DNA from: Candidatus Doudnabacteria bacterium RIFCSPHIGHO2_01_FULL_46_24
Lineage (GTDB): Bacteria > Patescibacteriota > Doudnabacteria > UBA920 > O2-02-FULL-48-8
Reading direction: 5' to 3'
Length of the DNA: 64,000 bases
NCBI GenBank assembly: GCA_001777575.1
Contig: MFEL01000008.1
Coordinates: 42,634 to 106,633 of the forward strand
Shown piece after piece: positions 28,672 through 38,383 of the stretch. The notes beneath the pieces were generated by a model, which saw nothing but the letters and a program-made list of their open reading frames with translations, was not told the origin of the DNA and did not search any database. Numbering within the stretch: position 1 is the stretch's first letter; the number at the start of each line of letters is the position of its first letter. The translations under genes were made by a program, and so were the position numbers.

Positions 28672-29090
28672 AAATCTTTGCCGATACTAATGTTATAGTT
28701 TCCATGCTGCTCTGGGGAAAGTCCTTAGAGCAGCTTTTTGTCCTAATCAACGCTCGCAAGATAACTTTAGGCTTTTCGCCGGCGACAATCGAGGAATTGT
28801 TCCGTGTTGTCAATTATCCGCAAATAGCCAAACAAGCCCTTAAGCAGAATGTTGATGCCGAAGTCCTTGCCGATAAATTAGTTGCCGCTTCTGAAATTTG
28901 TTATCCAAGCAAAACATTTGACATTGTCGCTGATGATCCAAGCGATAATAAAATACTCGAAACAGCTCTGGAAGCCAAAGCCGAGTATATAATTTCTGGG
29001 GACAGGCATTTGCTGCAATTGAAAACTTTCGAAAAAATCCCAATTGTTACACCAGCAAAATTTCTAAAGCTTAATATCAACAATTTTTAA
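28668..29090 (+). CDS. PIN-domain toxin (VapC-like)
   Basis: MKIFADTNVI…DPSDNKILETAL…ISGDRHLL carries the conserved acidic residues of a PIN nuclease. Confidence 0.75.
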   Translation: MKIFADTNVIVSMLLWGKSLEQLFVLINARKITLGFSPATIEELFRVVNYPQIAKQALKQNVDAEVLADKLVAASEICYPSKTFDIVADDPSDNKILETALEAKAEYIISGDRHLLQLKTFEKIPIVTPAKFLKLNINNF

Positions 29091-30821
29091 TTCCAAATTC
29101 GTATTGCCTTTCCAGGAGTTTTCTTCGAGTTCATAGACTGCGTCAATTTTGGTTCCAGAAACAAGTTTATCAGAAAGAAAACCTTGGCCAAAGGCAATGG
29201 CTCCGATAAATTTGCCGGCAAGTTTAAGCCGCATCTTCAAGTGCTTGCTGCCGTTGCCTACCGTCCGGCACTCCACGACTTCCATGCCACAGGAAACGAA
29301 TTTTGGTTTGGGGTTATCCACGCCGAACGGCGCCATTTTTTTTATGTAAGCGTAATTTTCCGCAGTAATGTCTTCTGCGGCTAGTTCGCAATCGACCTCT
29401 AACACCGGCGGCTCGAATTCGGCGCTGACAGTTTCCACGTATTCCAGAAGCTTCTGGTGAAAACTTGGGATGTGTTCGGAGGCCAAAGTGAACCCGGCGG
29501 CCTGGGTGTGCCCGCCGAACCGCACCAGCAAATCCTTGCTGGAATTAAGTGCCGCCACTAAATCAAAATTTCCAATTGAGCGGCCGGAGCCGGTAGCCAA
29601 TAATTCTTCCTTGCGCAAAATCAGCACCGGCCGGCCGTATTCTTCCACCAGTTTGCCAGCCACCAGACCCACTACTCCTTTGGGCCAATCGGCGCCATAA
29701 GCCAGCAGAATTTTCTTGTCCGGCATCAGCGAAAGCTGCTCGCGGGCTTCGCTTAACACCTGCTCTGTCAACGTCTGCCGTTGCTTGTTCAAATCGTTCA
29801 ACTCCAAGGCCAGCCGGCCGGCCTCGGCCTCATCTTCGCTAACCAAAAGCTTGAATGCCAAATCCGCATGCTTGATCCTTCCCGCGGCATTGATGCGGGG
29901 CGCCAAAATAAATCCCAATGTAAAAGTGTCAAAGGGAATCTTTGACACCTGGGAAACGTCCAAAAGCTTCCTAATTCCAAGCCAGCGGGTTTTGGCTAAA
30001 ACTTTGAGGCCAAATGAAACCAGAATGCGATTCTCTCCGGTTAGACTTTGACAATCCGCCACAGTCCCAATGGCTACGAGGTCGAGCAGCCATTTTTCCC
30101 AGCCAGGCGCTACTCCATTCCCGCTGAGAATTCGCTGAGTTGAGCGGGAATCTTGCTGAGATCCCCGATTACTTGCCTGACCCTCCTTTCGGGGATGGTT
30201 TGGGTCTGTGGAGAATAAAGCCTGCACAAGCTTATAAGCGACGCCTACGCCTGTTAAAAATCGAAACGGATAATTGTCCGTTGGATTCTTAGGATTGATC
30301 AAAGCGTAAGCCCCTGGCAATTCCCCTGTGACCTCGTGGTGGTCCGTGACGATCAAATCAATCCCCAGCTCCTGGCAAAGTTTGGCCTCGGCAACTGAAT
30401 TGGTCCCGCAATCAACCGTGATGATCAGCTTACTTCCGCTTTCCGCAATTTTTTTGACAGCATCGCTGTTGACGCCATAACCTTCCGCGAATCGGTCCGG
30501 AATATAACAATCAATGACGGCGCCAAGTTTTTTTAGCGCCAAAAAAACCACGCTGGCGGCGGTAATCGCATCCGCGTCATAGTCTGCGTAAATCGTGATT
30601 TTTTCCTGATTTGTTATTGCTAATTTGACACGCTCCACTGTCTTCTCCATCTCTCGAAACAAGAACGGGTCATGAAGTTTGTAATACTCGGGCTCCAAAA
30701 AACCCCGGATTTCCTCAGCCTCAAACAGGCTGCGCAAGTTGAGCAATTTTAAGACAAACGCCGGATATTCCGGCAGGTTTGGCTGTTGCTGAGGCAAATT
30801 TTTCAATTTCCACTTTTTCAT
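29064..30821 (-). CDS. recJ: Single-stranded-DNA-specific exonuclease RecJ
   Basis: DHH (ITIYADYDADAITAAS) and DHHA1 motifs. Start set at ATG 30821, directly after the receiver gene's stop. Confidence 0.85.
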   Translation of the reverse strand: MKKWKLKNLPQQQPNLPEYPAFVLKLLNLRSLFEAEEIRGFLEPEYYKLHDPFLFREMEKTVERVKLAITNQEKITIYADYDADAITAASVVFLALKKLGAVIDCYIPDRFAEGYGVNSDAVKKIAESGSKLIITVDCGTNSVAEAKLCQELGIDLIVTDHHEVTGELPGAYALINPKNPTDNYPFRFLTGVGVAYKLVQALFSTDPNHPRKEGQASNRGSQQDSRSTQRILSGNGVAPGWEKWLLDLVAIGTVADCQSLTGENRILVSFGLKVLAKTRWLGIRKLLDVSQVSKIPFDTFTLGFILAPRINAAGRIKHADLAFKLLVSEDEAEAGRLALELNDLNKQRQTLTEQVLSEAREQLSLMPDKKILLAYGADWPKGVVGLVAGKLVEEYGRPVLILRKEELLATGSGRSIGNFDLVAALNSSKDLLVRFGGHTQAAGFTLASEHIPSFHQKLLEYVETVSAEFEPPVLEVDCELAAEDITAENYAYIKKMAPFGVDNPKPKFVSCGMEVVECRTVGNGSKHLKMRLKLAGKFIGAIAFGQGFLSDKLVSGTKIDAVYELEENSWKGNTNLELKIVDIKL

Positions 30822-30822
30822 C

Positions 30823-31251
30823 TCAAATTGTCGTTCTCCCGACTTGCTCATCGTCTGAGGGAACAACTGGTTTGGGCTTGGCCGGATTCAAAAGTTCCTT
30901 GACTTTCTGCAAAATTTTAGAAGGATTATCATAGCCCTTGACCATAAAGTTGACGTTTATAAGCTTGGCAGCTTTCTGCTTGTCCTCTTCCCGCCCCAAA
31001 TGTGAGAACAAAATCACGGGAGTGACGGCTGTGGCGACATTGTTGCGCAAATTGTGAATAAGCTCAAATCCATCCATGCGCGGCATGATAATGCCAGTAA
31101 ACAGCAAGTCCGGGATATGTGCCAGCGCCATTTCCAATCCTTCCAATCCGTCATCCGCTTCATAAACCGTAAAACCATTCTGACGAAACAGTTCGGCGTA
31201 AAGCCCTCGTTGCTCTTGGTCGTCGTCAATGACAAGTATTTTCTTAGCCAT
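30823..31251 (-). CDS. Stand-alone CheY-like receiver domain lacking the phospho-acceptor aspartate
   Basis: VIDDD acidic pocket, and S and K at the conserved positions. The CheY D57 position is Gly (LLFTGIIMPRMDG). Confidence 0.7.
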   Translation of the reverse strand: MAKKILVIDDDQEQRGLYAELFRQNGFTVYEADDGLEGLEMALAHIPDLLFTGIIMPRMDGFELIHNLRNNVATAVTPVILFSHLGREEDKQKAAKLINVNFMVKGYDNPSKILQKVKELLNPAKPKPVVPSDDEQVGRTTI

Positions 31252-31260
31252 ATCAATAGT

Positions 31261-32862
31261 TTAAATTTGTTTTAGTAATTGTGGCAGTAAGCTAATCCCG
31301 GTCATTTCTGCAGGCTTAGCCATACCCATCAATTCCAGCACGGTCGGCGATACGTCGGAAAGCACGCCTACGGGAATGACCGAAGACAGAGAAACGATCC
31401 CACCGACCTTGGGTTTTTTTTCTTCAAACTGCCGCCCGACCAATATAAATGGCACAGGGTTGGTGGAGTGTTCCTTGTCCATGCCGCCGGAGCGAATGTC
31501 CAAGAGTTCCTCGATGTTGCCATGGTCGGCTGTGATGATCATGCAAATATCCTGTTCCAGGCAAGCATCCGCCAATTTTTTCAAACATTCATCGATGACT
31601 TTGATTGCCTGAATGGAGGCGCTGACATTGCCCGTGTGGCCCACCATGTCGGGGTTGGCGTAATTGACCAGGAAAAAACTGTAATTGCCGTTAAGCCGGG
31701 ACAATAGCGCGTCCGTGACTTTGTAGGCGGACATCTCCGGAATGTCTTGGTAATTTTGATAGTTCGACATGGGCGAGGTGACAATTTCGCGGTCCTCTCC
31801 CGGAAAAGGATTGATGATTCCGCCGTTAAAGAATACCGACACATGGGCGTATTTCTCCGATTCAGCGACGTGAAATTGCCGCAACCCTTGCTTGCTGACC
31901 ACTTCCGCCAGCCCATTTAGGATTTCCATTGGCGGGAAAGCGATTTTCACTTGCAAGTCTTTGGCATATTCGGTCATAGTCACGACCAATAAATTCTTAA
32001 ACTGCTTAACCGAAGGAAACTTATCAAACCCCGGCTCGACCAAAGCTCTGGTCATTTGCAGCGCTCGGTCGGGACGAAAGTTGAATTGAATGACCGCGTC
32101 GTTTTCCGAAATTACGGCCGGATTGCCGTCCTTTTGGATGATCACCGTCGGTGGAATCATTTCGTCAAAGATGTGTTTGGCGTAATTTTCTTCAATAGCC
32201 GCTTTGACTGAGGTTGCTTTTGGGCCATTCCCCATGACCATGACTTTGTAGGCAAGATCGGTTAAATTCCAATGTTCGGCGCGATCCATGGCATAAAACC
32301 TGCCGGAAATCGATGCAATATTTCCGGTCCCGAACGTGTTGATTTTATGCATGAGTTTCTCCAAAGATTCCAGTGCAATCTGCGGCGGGGTGTCCCGGCC
32401 ATCCGTAAACATGTGGATATAGACGTTTTTCACCTTCGATTCGGAAGCCAAACCCAAAAGCGCATAAAGATGTTCGTCGTAGCTGTGTACGCCGCCGGGG
32501 CTGACCAAACCCATCAAGTGTAAAGAGGAATTATGCTTTTTAACATGCTCCACTGCCGCCGAAAAAGCCTGGTTCTTAAAAAAACTCCGATCTTCGATGG
32601 AGAGCGTAATACGGGACAAATCCTGCCCCACAATTCTGCCCGCCCCCAAATTGAGGTGACCGACTTCGGAATTGCCCATCTCCCCCCACGGCAAGCCCAC
32701 AGCAGGACCAGAAGCCTGCAGGGTGGTATTGGGATAATGGTTGACGAAATGATCAATATTGGCAGGCTGGGCCAAGGTCACGGCATTGCCGTGAGACGCG
32801 GTGGCAATGCCAAAACCGTCAAGGACGACCAGGACGAGTTTTTTGAAAGGCTGGAAAGTCAT
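31261..32862 (-). CDS. gpmI: 2,3-bisphosphoglycerate-independent phosphoglycerate mutase
   Basis: Full-length iPGM similarity (VLDGFG…, metal-binding His/Asp). Confidence 0.9.
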   Translation of the reverse strand: MTFQPFKKLVLVVLDGFGIATASHGNAVTLAQPANIDHFVNHYPNTTLQASGPAVGLPWGEMGNSEVGHLNLGAGRIVGQDLSRITLSIEDRSFFKNQAFSAAVEHVKKHNSSLHLMGLVSPGGVHSYDEHLYALLGLASESKVKNVYIHMFTDGRDTPPQIALESLEKLMHKINTFGTGNIASISGRFYAMDRAEHWNLTDLAYKVMVMGNGPKATSVKAAIEENYAKHIFDEMIPPTVIIQKDGNPAVISENDAVIQFNFRPDRALQMTRALVEPGFDKFPSVKQFKNLLVVTMTEYAKDLQVKIAFPPMEILNGLAEVVSKQGLRQFHVAESEKYAHVSVFFNGGIINPFPGEDREIVTSPMSNYQNYQDIPEMSAYKVTDALLSRLNGNYSFFLVNYANPDMVGHTGNVSASIQAIKVIDECLKKLADACLEQDICMIITADHGNIEELLDIRSGGMDKEHSTNPVPFILVGRQFEEKKPKVGGIVSLSSVIPVGVLSDVSPTVLELMGMAKPAEMTGISLLPQLLKQI

Positions 32863-32903
32863 AAAATAGTTGAAAGTTTATAAAGTTTCGGAACTTTATA
32901 AAC

Positions 32904-34157
32904 TTAGAACTTAGAACTTAATTCTTCTTCTATCGCCATCAACCGGTTGTATTTTGCCACTCTTTCTCCTCTCGCCACCGATCCCGACATTATATAATCC
33001 GCGCCAATGCCGACAGCAAGATCAGCGATGAAATCATCGTTGGTTTCGCCACTTCTATGCTTTGCCACGACTTTGTATCCGTGTTTCTGAGCCAAAGCGA
33101 CAGTCTCAAGAGTTTCAGTAATCGTACCAACCTGGTTTGGTTTTATGATTATCGCGTTGGCAATGCCAAGATCAATTCCTTTTTGCAACCGCGATTTTTG
33201 GGTTGTGAACAAATCATCGCCGATCAAAAGCATTTTCTTGCCCAAGCGATCCTGCATCATCTGCCAGTCTTCAAAATCTTCTTCCATTAACCCGTCTTCA
33301 ATCGCCACAATCGGATATTGCTCGGCCCATTGGTTATACAGCGACACCAAGCGCTCAGCGGACAAGGAGGTATGATCCGCCTTCAATACATATTCCTTGT
33401 GGTTGACGTCATAAAATTCACTGGCCGCGGCATCAATGGCCAGGCCGACACTTTTGTATCCAGTTTCCTTAACCGCCTTCATAATCATATCGAACGCCTG
33501 GCCATTTCCCTCCCAGTTCGGCGCAAATCCGCCCTCAAACCCCAAATCCGTGTCCAACCGATGAAGTTTGAGGACTTTTCGAAGAGATTGGAAAATATCC
33601 GCGCCCATTTCAATTGCCTTGGCAACTGAATCCGCTTGCGGGATAACCATGAATTCCTGAATGTCAAGATTGGTGTCTCCATGCAAGCCGCCTTCAATGA
33701 GCAAAATCGAAGGTTGGGGTAATTTCCAGCCCTTTTTATGCTTATGCAAAAATGCTATGTATTTGTAAACTGGAACTTTTTTCGCAGCCGCAGCGGCTTT
33801 GCAAACCGCGCCGGAAACGCCCAAAATCGCATTGGCTCCCAGCCTGGCTTTATTAGGAGTGCCGTCCAGATCAATCAAAGCCTGGTCAATTTTGCCCTGG
33901 GCCAGCACGTCCATGCCGTGCAATTTCTTGGCAATGACATTGTTGACATGATCAACCGCCTGACTTACGCCCTTGCCGCTGAAAGCCGTACCGCCGTCGC
34001 GCAGCTCCAAAGCCTCGTTCTTGCCCGTGGAAATCCCGCCCGGCACGCCAAAAGTCCCGCTGCCCTTGGCGGTTTCCACCGTGGCCTCCACAGTCGGAAT
34101 CCCCCGCGAATCCAAGATCTGACGGGCAAATGTGTTTTTTATCGTAATTTTAGGCAT
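32904..34157 (-). CDS. eno: Enolase
   Basis: ILDSRGIPTVEA N-terminus and the enolase signature. Confidence 0.95.
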   Translation of the reverse strand: MPKITIKNTFARQILDSRGIPTVEATVETAKGSGTFGVPGGISTGKNEALELRDGGTAFSGKGVSQAVDHVNNVIAKKLHGMDVLAQGKIDQALIDLDGTPNKARLGANAILGVSGAVCKAAAAAKKVPVYKYIAFLHKHKKGWKLPQPSILLIEGGLHGDTNLDIQEFMVIPQADSVAKAIEMGADIFQSLRKVLKLHRLDTDLGFEGGFAPNWEGNGQAFDMIMKAVKETGYKSVGLAIDAAASEFYDVNHKEYVLKADHTSLSAERLVSLYNQWAEQYPIVAIEDGLMEEDFEDWQMMQDRLGKKMLLIGDDLFTTQKSRLQKGIDLGIANAIIIKPNQVGTITETLETVALAQKHGYKVVAKHRSGETNDDFIADLAVGIGADYIMSGSVARGERVAKYNRLMAIEEELSSKF

Positions 34158-35379
34158 GATTGGCCTCCAACACCTTAATTGCAGGAAGTTTTTTGCCGCT
34201 TAGGAATTCTAGCATGGCGCCGCCGCCGGTGGAAACATGATCCACGAACTGGGTGACTTTGGCCGAATTCAAAACTTCCAAAGTTTCCCCGCCGCCCGCG
34301 ACGCCATAAGCCGGTCCTTTGGAGCGACCGGCAAAAACCCGCGCCATTGATTCGCTGCCGAATGCATACCGCTTGATCTCGATCATGCCAAAGGGGCCGT
34401 TCCAGACCAATGTCACGGCATTTTTGACATATTCAGAAAACTTTCTAATCGTTTCCGGGCCGATATCCAGAATTATGTCCTCCGGCATGACCTTGCTTAC
34501 AGCCGCATTGTGAGGTGTATCCTCCAAAGAATGAGCAACCACCACATCCACTGGCAGAATTATTTTTTCTTTAAAATTTCGCGTCAGTTCCTTGGCCAAG
34601 GATTCATCGGCGAATTTGGATTTGCCAATTTCATACCCTTTCGCTTTTAGGAAAGTGTTGGCAATGGCTCCACCCAGAAGAATGTGAGAAGCCCCCTTGA
34701 GTAAATTTCTCATACTTTCGACTTTGTCGGAAATTTTTAACCCTCCAATCAAAATCACCATGGGTTTGGTCGGGTTTCTCAAAAGTCTATACAAGGCTTT
34801 GATCTCCCGTTCAAACGCGATCCCGCAATAGGATTTAAGTTTTACCGCCAATCCATAGGTAGAAGCGGACACTCTGTGGCTGACAGAAAACGCCTCGTTG
34901 ACGTAAAGTTCGCCAAACTTGGCCAGGGTTTGGATGAATTCCGGGTCATTTTCTTCTTCTCCGGCATAAAACCTCAGGTTTTCTAAAAACAATATACTCC
35001 CATTCGGTATCGGCAATTTCGAATAGTCGTGCTTAGTGATATCTTCTGTTAAAAAATAAATATGCGGGATGGGATAGTGCGGCAATTCGGAGGAAATTTT
35101 GACTACTTTCATGCCCAAAAATTCGCCCAGTCTCTTTGCTGCAGGCCACAGACTTTTATCAGCCTGCCGGCCTTCCGGCCTGCCCAAATGGGAAATCAGC
35201 GTGACCTTGGCTTGATTCTGAATCAGATATTCGATCGTTCTTAGAGCGTCCTTGATTCTGGTATCATCCGCCGCCTCCCATTCTTCGGTATGGATATTTT
35301 TTTTCAGAGGCACGTCAAACCCGACGCGAACTATCACGCGCCGGCCTTGCACTTTAACAGAAGTAATGCTCTTAATCAT
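34150..35379 (-). CDS. pgk: Phosphoglycerate kinase
   Basis: Full-length PGK similarity. Confidence 0.9.
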   Translation of the reverse strand: MIKSITSVKVQGRRVIVRVGFDVPLKKNIHTEEWEAADDTRIKDALRTIEYLIQNQAKVTLISHLGRPEGRQADKSLWPAAKRLGEFLGMKVVKISSELPHYPIPHIYFLTEDITKHDYSKLPIPNGSILFLENLRFYAGEEENDPEFIQTLAKFGELYVNEAFSVSHRVSASTYGLAVKLKSYCGIAFEREIKALYRLLRNPTKPMVILIGGLKISDKVESMRNLLKGASHILLGGAIANTFLKAKGYEIGKSKFADESLAKELTRNFKEKIILPVDVVVAHSLEDTPHNAAVSKVMPEDIILDIGPETIRKFSEYVKNAVTLVWNGPFGMIEIKRYAFGSESMARVFAGRSKGPAYGVAGGGETLEVLNSAKVTQFVDHVSTGGGAMLEFLSGKKLPAIKVLEANHA

Positions 35380-35479
35380 TTAGTAATAAGTTAAAGGGCT
35401 GCGATGCCCGTTTCGTCATACGGTGACGCTTTACGTCTAACTCTCAACGATACGGGCTTCGTTACCGTAAGACGCTAAA
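35380..35479 (-). repeat. Intergenic repeat family 3, copy 3
   Basis: acg/cgt-rich words (cgtttcgtcatacggtgacgctttacg…ccgtaagacgctaaac). Confidence 0.5.
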
Positions 35480-36541
35480 CTATAAGTTCTTGCCAATAAG
35501 TATTGCCTGCTCCACAAACCTGTTTGCATACCCAAACTCATTGTCGTACCACGCCACGACTTTGACCAGGTCGCCGTCCACGACTTGCGTTAGCGACAAA
35601 TCAACAATGGCCGAATGGGGATTGCCGACAATGTCCGACGACACGATCGGATCAGTCGTCACTTGCAAAACTTTTTCCCACATGGGATTTTTGGCCGCTT
35701 CCATAAAAACTTTATTAATTTCATCCACCGTGACCTTGCGCTGCAGAACCGCGGTAAAATCCGAAAGCGAACCGCAAGTGACTGGCACGCGATAAGCCGC
35801 TCCGCCAAACAAGCCTTTAAGCTCAGGGATGACTTCAGTAGCGGCAATGGTTGCTCCGGTTGTAGTCGGGATAATGTTGGCCGAGGCGGCGCGGGCGCGG
35901 CGCAAGTCATTTGATTTGCCGCCAGGCGGCGGACCGTCCACCAAATTCTGTTCCGCGGTATAGGCGTGGATGGTGGACATCATCATTTTTTTGATCCCGA
36001 ATTTGCTATGCAAAATGGCGGCCACCGGCGTGATGCAATTGGTGGTGCAGGAAGCGTTTGAGATAATCTGTTGGTTCTGGTAACCCCTATCATTAACGCC
36101 AATGATGAAAGTTAGCGTAATTCCTTCGTCCTTGGCCGGCGCTGAAATAATTACTTTCTTCGCCCCGGCTTTCAAATGCGCGCTGGCCAATTCCGTAGTC
36201 ACAAATCTGCCGGTGGACTCCAATACCACGTCCACGTCCAAATCTTTCCACGGCAAAAGGCCCGGGTCTTTTTCGGCAAACACCGGAACTTTAATTTCAT
36301 CTGCAATCAGACTTCCGACTGAATACGAAACCGAACTGGCTCGTTCGTGCCTGTCGTCAAAGCTGACCTTTTTTTCATAAACGCCATAAACCGAATCGTA
36401 GCGCAGGAGATGCGCCAAAACTTTCGGCTCCGTCAAATCATTGATAGCCGCGACCTTGAGTTCGGGTTTGGTTAAGGCGATTTTGAAGGCAGAACGCCCT
36501 ATCCGGCCAAAGCCGTTGATTGCAACACGTATCGGACTCAT
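35480..36541 (-). CDS. gap: Glyceraldehyde-3-phosphate dehydrogenase
   Basis: INGFGRIGR NAD motif. Catalytic SCTTNC. Confidence 0.9.
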   Translation of the reverse strand: MSPIRVAINGFGRIGRSAFKIALTKPELKVAAINDLTEPKVLAHLLRYDSVYGVYEKKVSFDDRHERASSVSYSVGSLIADEIKVPVFAEKDPGLLPWKDLDVDVVLESTGRFVTTELASAHLKAGAKKVIISAPAKDEGITLTFIIGVNDRGYQNQQIISNASCTTNCITPVAAILHSKFGIKKMMMSTIHAYTAEQNLVDGPPPGGKSNDLRRARAASANIIPTTTGATIAATEVIPELKGLFGGAAYRVPVTCGSLSDFTAVLQRKVTVDEINKVFMEAAKNPMWEKVLQVTTDPIVSSDIVGNPHSAIVDLSLTQVVDGDLVKVVAWYDNEFGYANRFVEQAILIGKNL

Positions 36542-36548
36542 TTTGGCT

Positions 36549-36698
36549 TTAGATGAAATTTGTCAAAAATACGGACACAAAAAGCGCCCAGATCAGAAAG
36601 ATGATGTATTCTTTTTCATCGTCGAAGTTGAAATGCTTGAGCAACCAACCTTCCAAATCATATTTCTTATAAAGCCAGTGGTTATTTTGTTTTGCCAT
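36549..36698 (-). CDS. Small ORF (49 aa) with a C-terminal TM helix, between fba and gap
   Basis: AAAGGA 7 nt upstream of the ATG at 36698. Below the ORF-track length threshold. Confidence 0.3.
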   Translation of the reverse strand: MAKQNNHWLYKKYDLEGWLLKHFNFDDEKEYIIFLIWALFVSVFLTNFI

Positions 36699-36771
36699 TT
36701 TTTATCCTTTCTTTGCTCCCGCCATCTTCGATGGGCGGGGTTCGCTCAACACGGCTGAGCGGCGTCCCGAT

Positions 36772-37665
36772 TTAATCGGGGCGGCGACCTTTATTGCTTG
36801 CTTTTAATATTTTAATTTTTTTCTCAGCTTCGTCCTGGAGCGCATCAGTTGCCGGGGCCAAAATTTTCCGAGGGTCATATATGGATAAGTGCTTCTTAAG
36901 ATTTTCGCGAAGTGCCCGATTGAATGCCACCCGCAAATCAGTGTCTATGTTGAATATCGCCACACCAGTTCTGACGGCGAAGCGAATTTGCTGATCCGGC
37001 ACTCCGGATGCGCCATGCAAAACCAACGGGATTTTGACTTTCCTGCGAATCGCTTGAAGGCGTTCAAGATCGATATGTTCCTTGAGCGTCGTTAATACTT
37101 TTTTGGTTTTCGGATTGACTGGAATGCCGTGCATCGAACCAACCGCCACCGCCAAAGTGTCAATCCGTGTTTCAGACACAAATCTTGCGGCTTCATCCGG
37201 ATCAGTCATCAAATCTTTTCCCGACTTGACCTTCTGCCAATCCTCGTTGCCCAAAATCCGACCAAGCTCGGCCTGGACCCAGACACCTCTTTTGTGGGCG
37301 TACGAAACCACGACTCGTGTCAGCTTCACGTTTTCTTTATAAGTCAAATGCGAGGCGTCAATCATCACGCTGCTGTATCCTAAGTTTATCAGTTTTTTAA
37401 TAAGGTTGAAATCATGGCAGTGATCCTGGTGCAGGGCAATCGGGACTCTGGCTTTTCTGGCCTCAATCTTGATTATCGAAACCAGCTCTTCCATGCCGGC
37501 ATATTCCAAAGCCCCAACCGAGGTTTGGATGATCACCGGCGCTTTCTGCTTTTCCGCCGCCCGCACAATCCCCTGTGTCATTTCCAAATCCTGGGTATTG
37601 AAAGCCGGGATGGCATATTTGCCAATTATTCTTTTGTTTACGATTTTTCCAATGTGTACGAGCAT
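36772..37665 (-). CDS. fba: Class II fructose-bisphosphate aldolase
   Basis: Class II ketose-bisphosphate aldolase metal-binding His residues (HLDH, HGASG). Confidence 0.85.
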   Translation of the reverse strand: MLVHIGKIVNKRIIGKYAIPAFNTQDLEMTQGIVRAAEKQKAPVIIQTSVGALEYAGMEELVSIIKIEARKARVPIALHQDHCHDFNLIKKLINLGYSSVMIDASHLTYKENVKLTRVVVSYAHKRGVWVQAELGRILGNEDWQKVKSGKDLMTDPDEAARFVSETRIDTLAVAVGSMHGIPVNPKTKKVLTTLKEHIDLERLQAIRRKVKIPLVLHGASGVPDQQIRFAVRTGVAIFNIDTDLRVAFNRALRENLKKHLSIYDPRKILAPATDALQDEAEKKIKILKASNKGRRPD

Positions 37666-37666
37666 A

Positions 37667-38089
37667 TCAGCGATTCGAAATTAACGAATGGACATCCGAA
37701 TGATCCGAAACTACAAAATCCGGATTAAGAACCCTCTTGGGTTTAATAAAAGAGCCTCTGAAATTTACTATCAAACCAAGTTCTAAATTTGCCGCTTTAA
37801 GGTACCTCTGCATTTGGATATAATCTTCTTTGGTTATAAAAGTCTTTGCTTTGAAATCTACGAAAATTTTGCGCTCGACAAAAAAATCTACTTTGTTGCC
37901 TCTCGGCGAATTTTTGTTCAGTTTACTAATTTCGAACTCTCGCTCATATTCCCACTTTTCTTCTTTAAGTAACTCTTCAAATCTATCGCCATACTGCTTT
38001 TCTCTACAGAAACGTCCGAGCTCTTTCGCTACTCTAAAGCATAAACCACTAATCTTATAAGATAATTTTGCTTCAACTATTTTTGGCAT
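37667..38089 (-). CDS. GxxExxY family protein
   Basis: LSYKISGLCFRVAKELG…YGDRFEELL…ELGLIVNFRG matches the GxxExxY signature. Confidence 0.8.
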   Translation of the reverse strand: MPKIVEAKLSYKISGLCFRVAKELGRFCREKQYGDRFEELLKEEKWEYEREFEISKLNKNSPRGNKVDFFVERKIFVDFKAKTFITKEDYIQMQRYLKAANLELGLIVNFRGSFIKPKRVLNPDFVVSDHSDVHSLISNR

Positions 38090-38171
38090 ATTCGGATGCG
38101 CGCTTTCGTAGTGCGCCTTTCGGATACTATTCGTGGCATTCGAATGTCCAATTCGTGGCTTCGTATCGCTG

Positions 38172-38381
38172 TCAAAACTTGGCTCCCGCCTTCAGCACAT
38201 CAAATATGCTCGGCAACTCCGTGGCCTTGCCTTTCTGCTTGCAGATGGCGTAAACCAGATGCCACTCGCATTCCAGATTTTTTTCGTTGGCAATGGCCTT
38301 GGTCCCGCGCCAATACAGAAATGCCAGGGCAAACAGGACTAACAGAATCAATTTTGATCTCATGCGTTTTTTGATATACAT
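38172..38381 (-). CDS. Small membrane protein (69 aa; one TM helix plus ~40-aa soluble tail), second gene of the AbrB-like operon
   Basis: ATG at 38381 is 2 nt after the stop of the upstream 59-aa ORF. AAAGGAG lies upstream. Confidence 0.4.
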   Translation of the reverse strand: MYIKKRMRSKLILLVLFALAFLYWRGTKAIANEKNLECEWHLVYAICKQKGKATELPSIFDVLKAGAKF

Positions 38382-38383
38382 AA

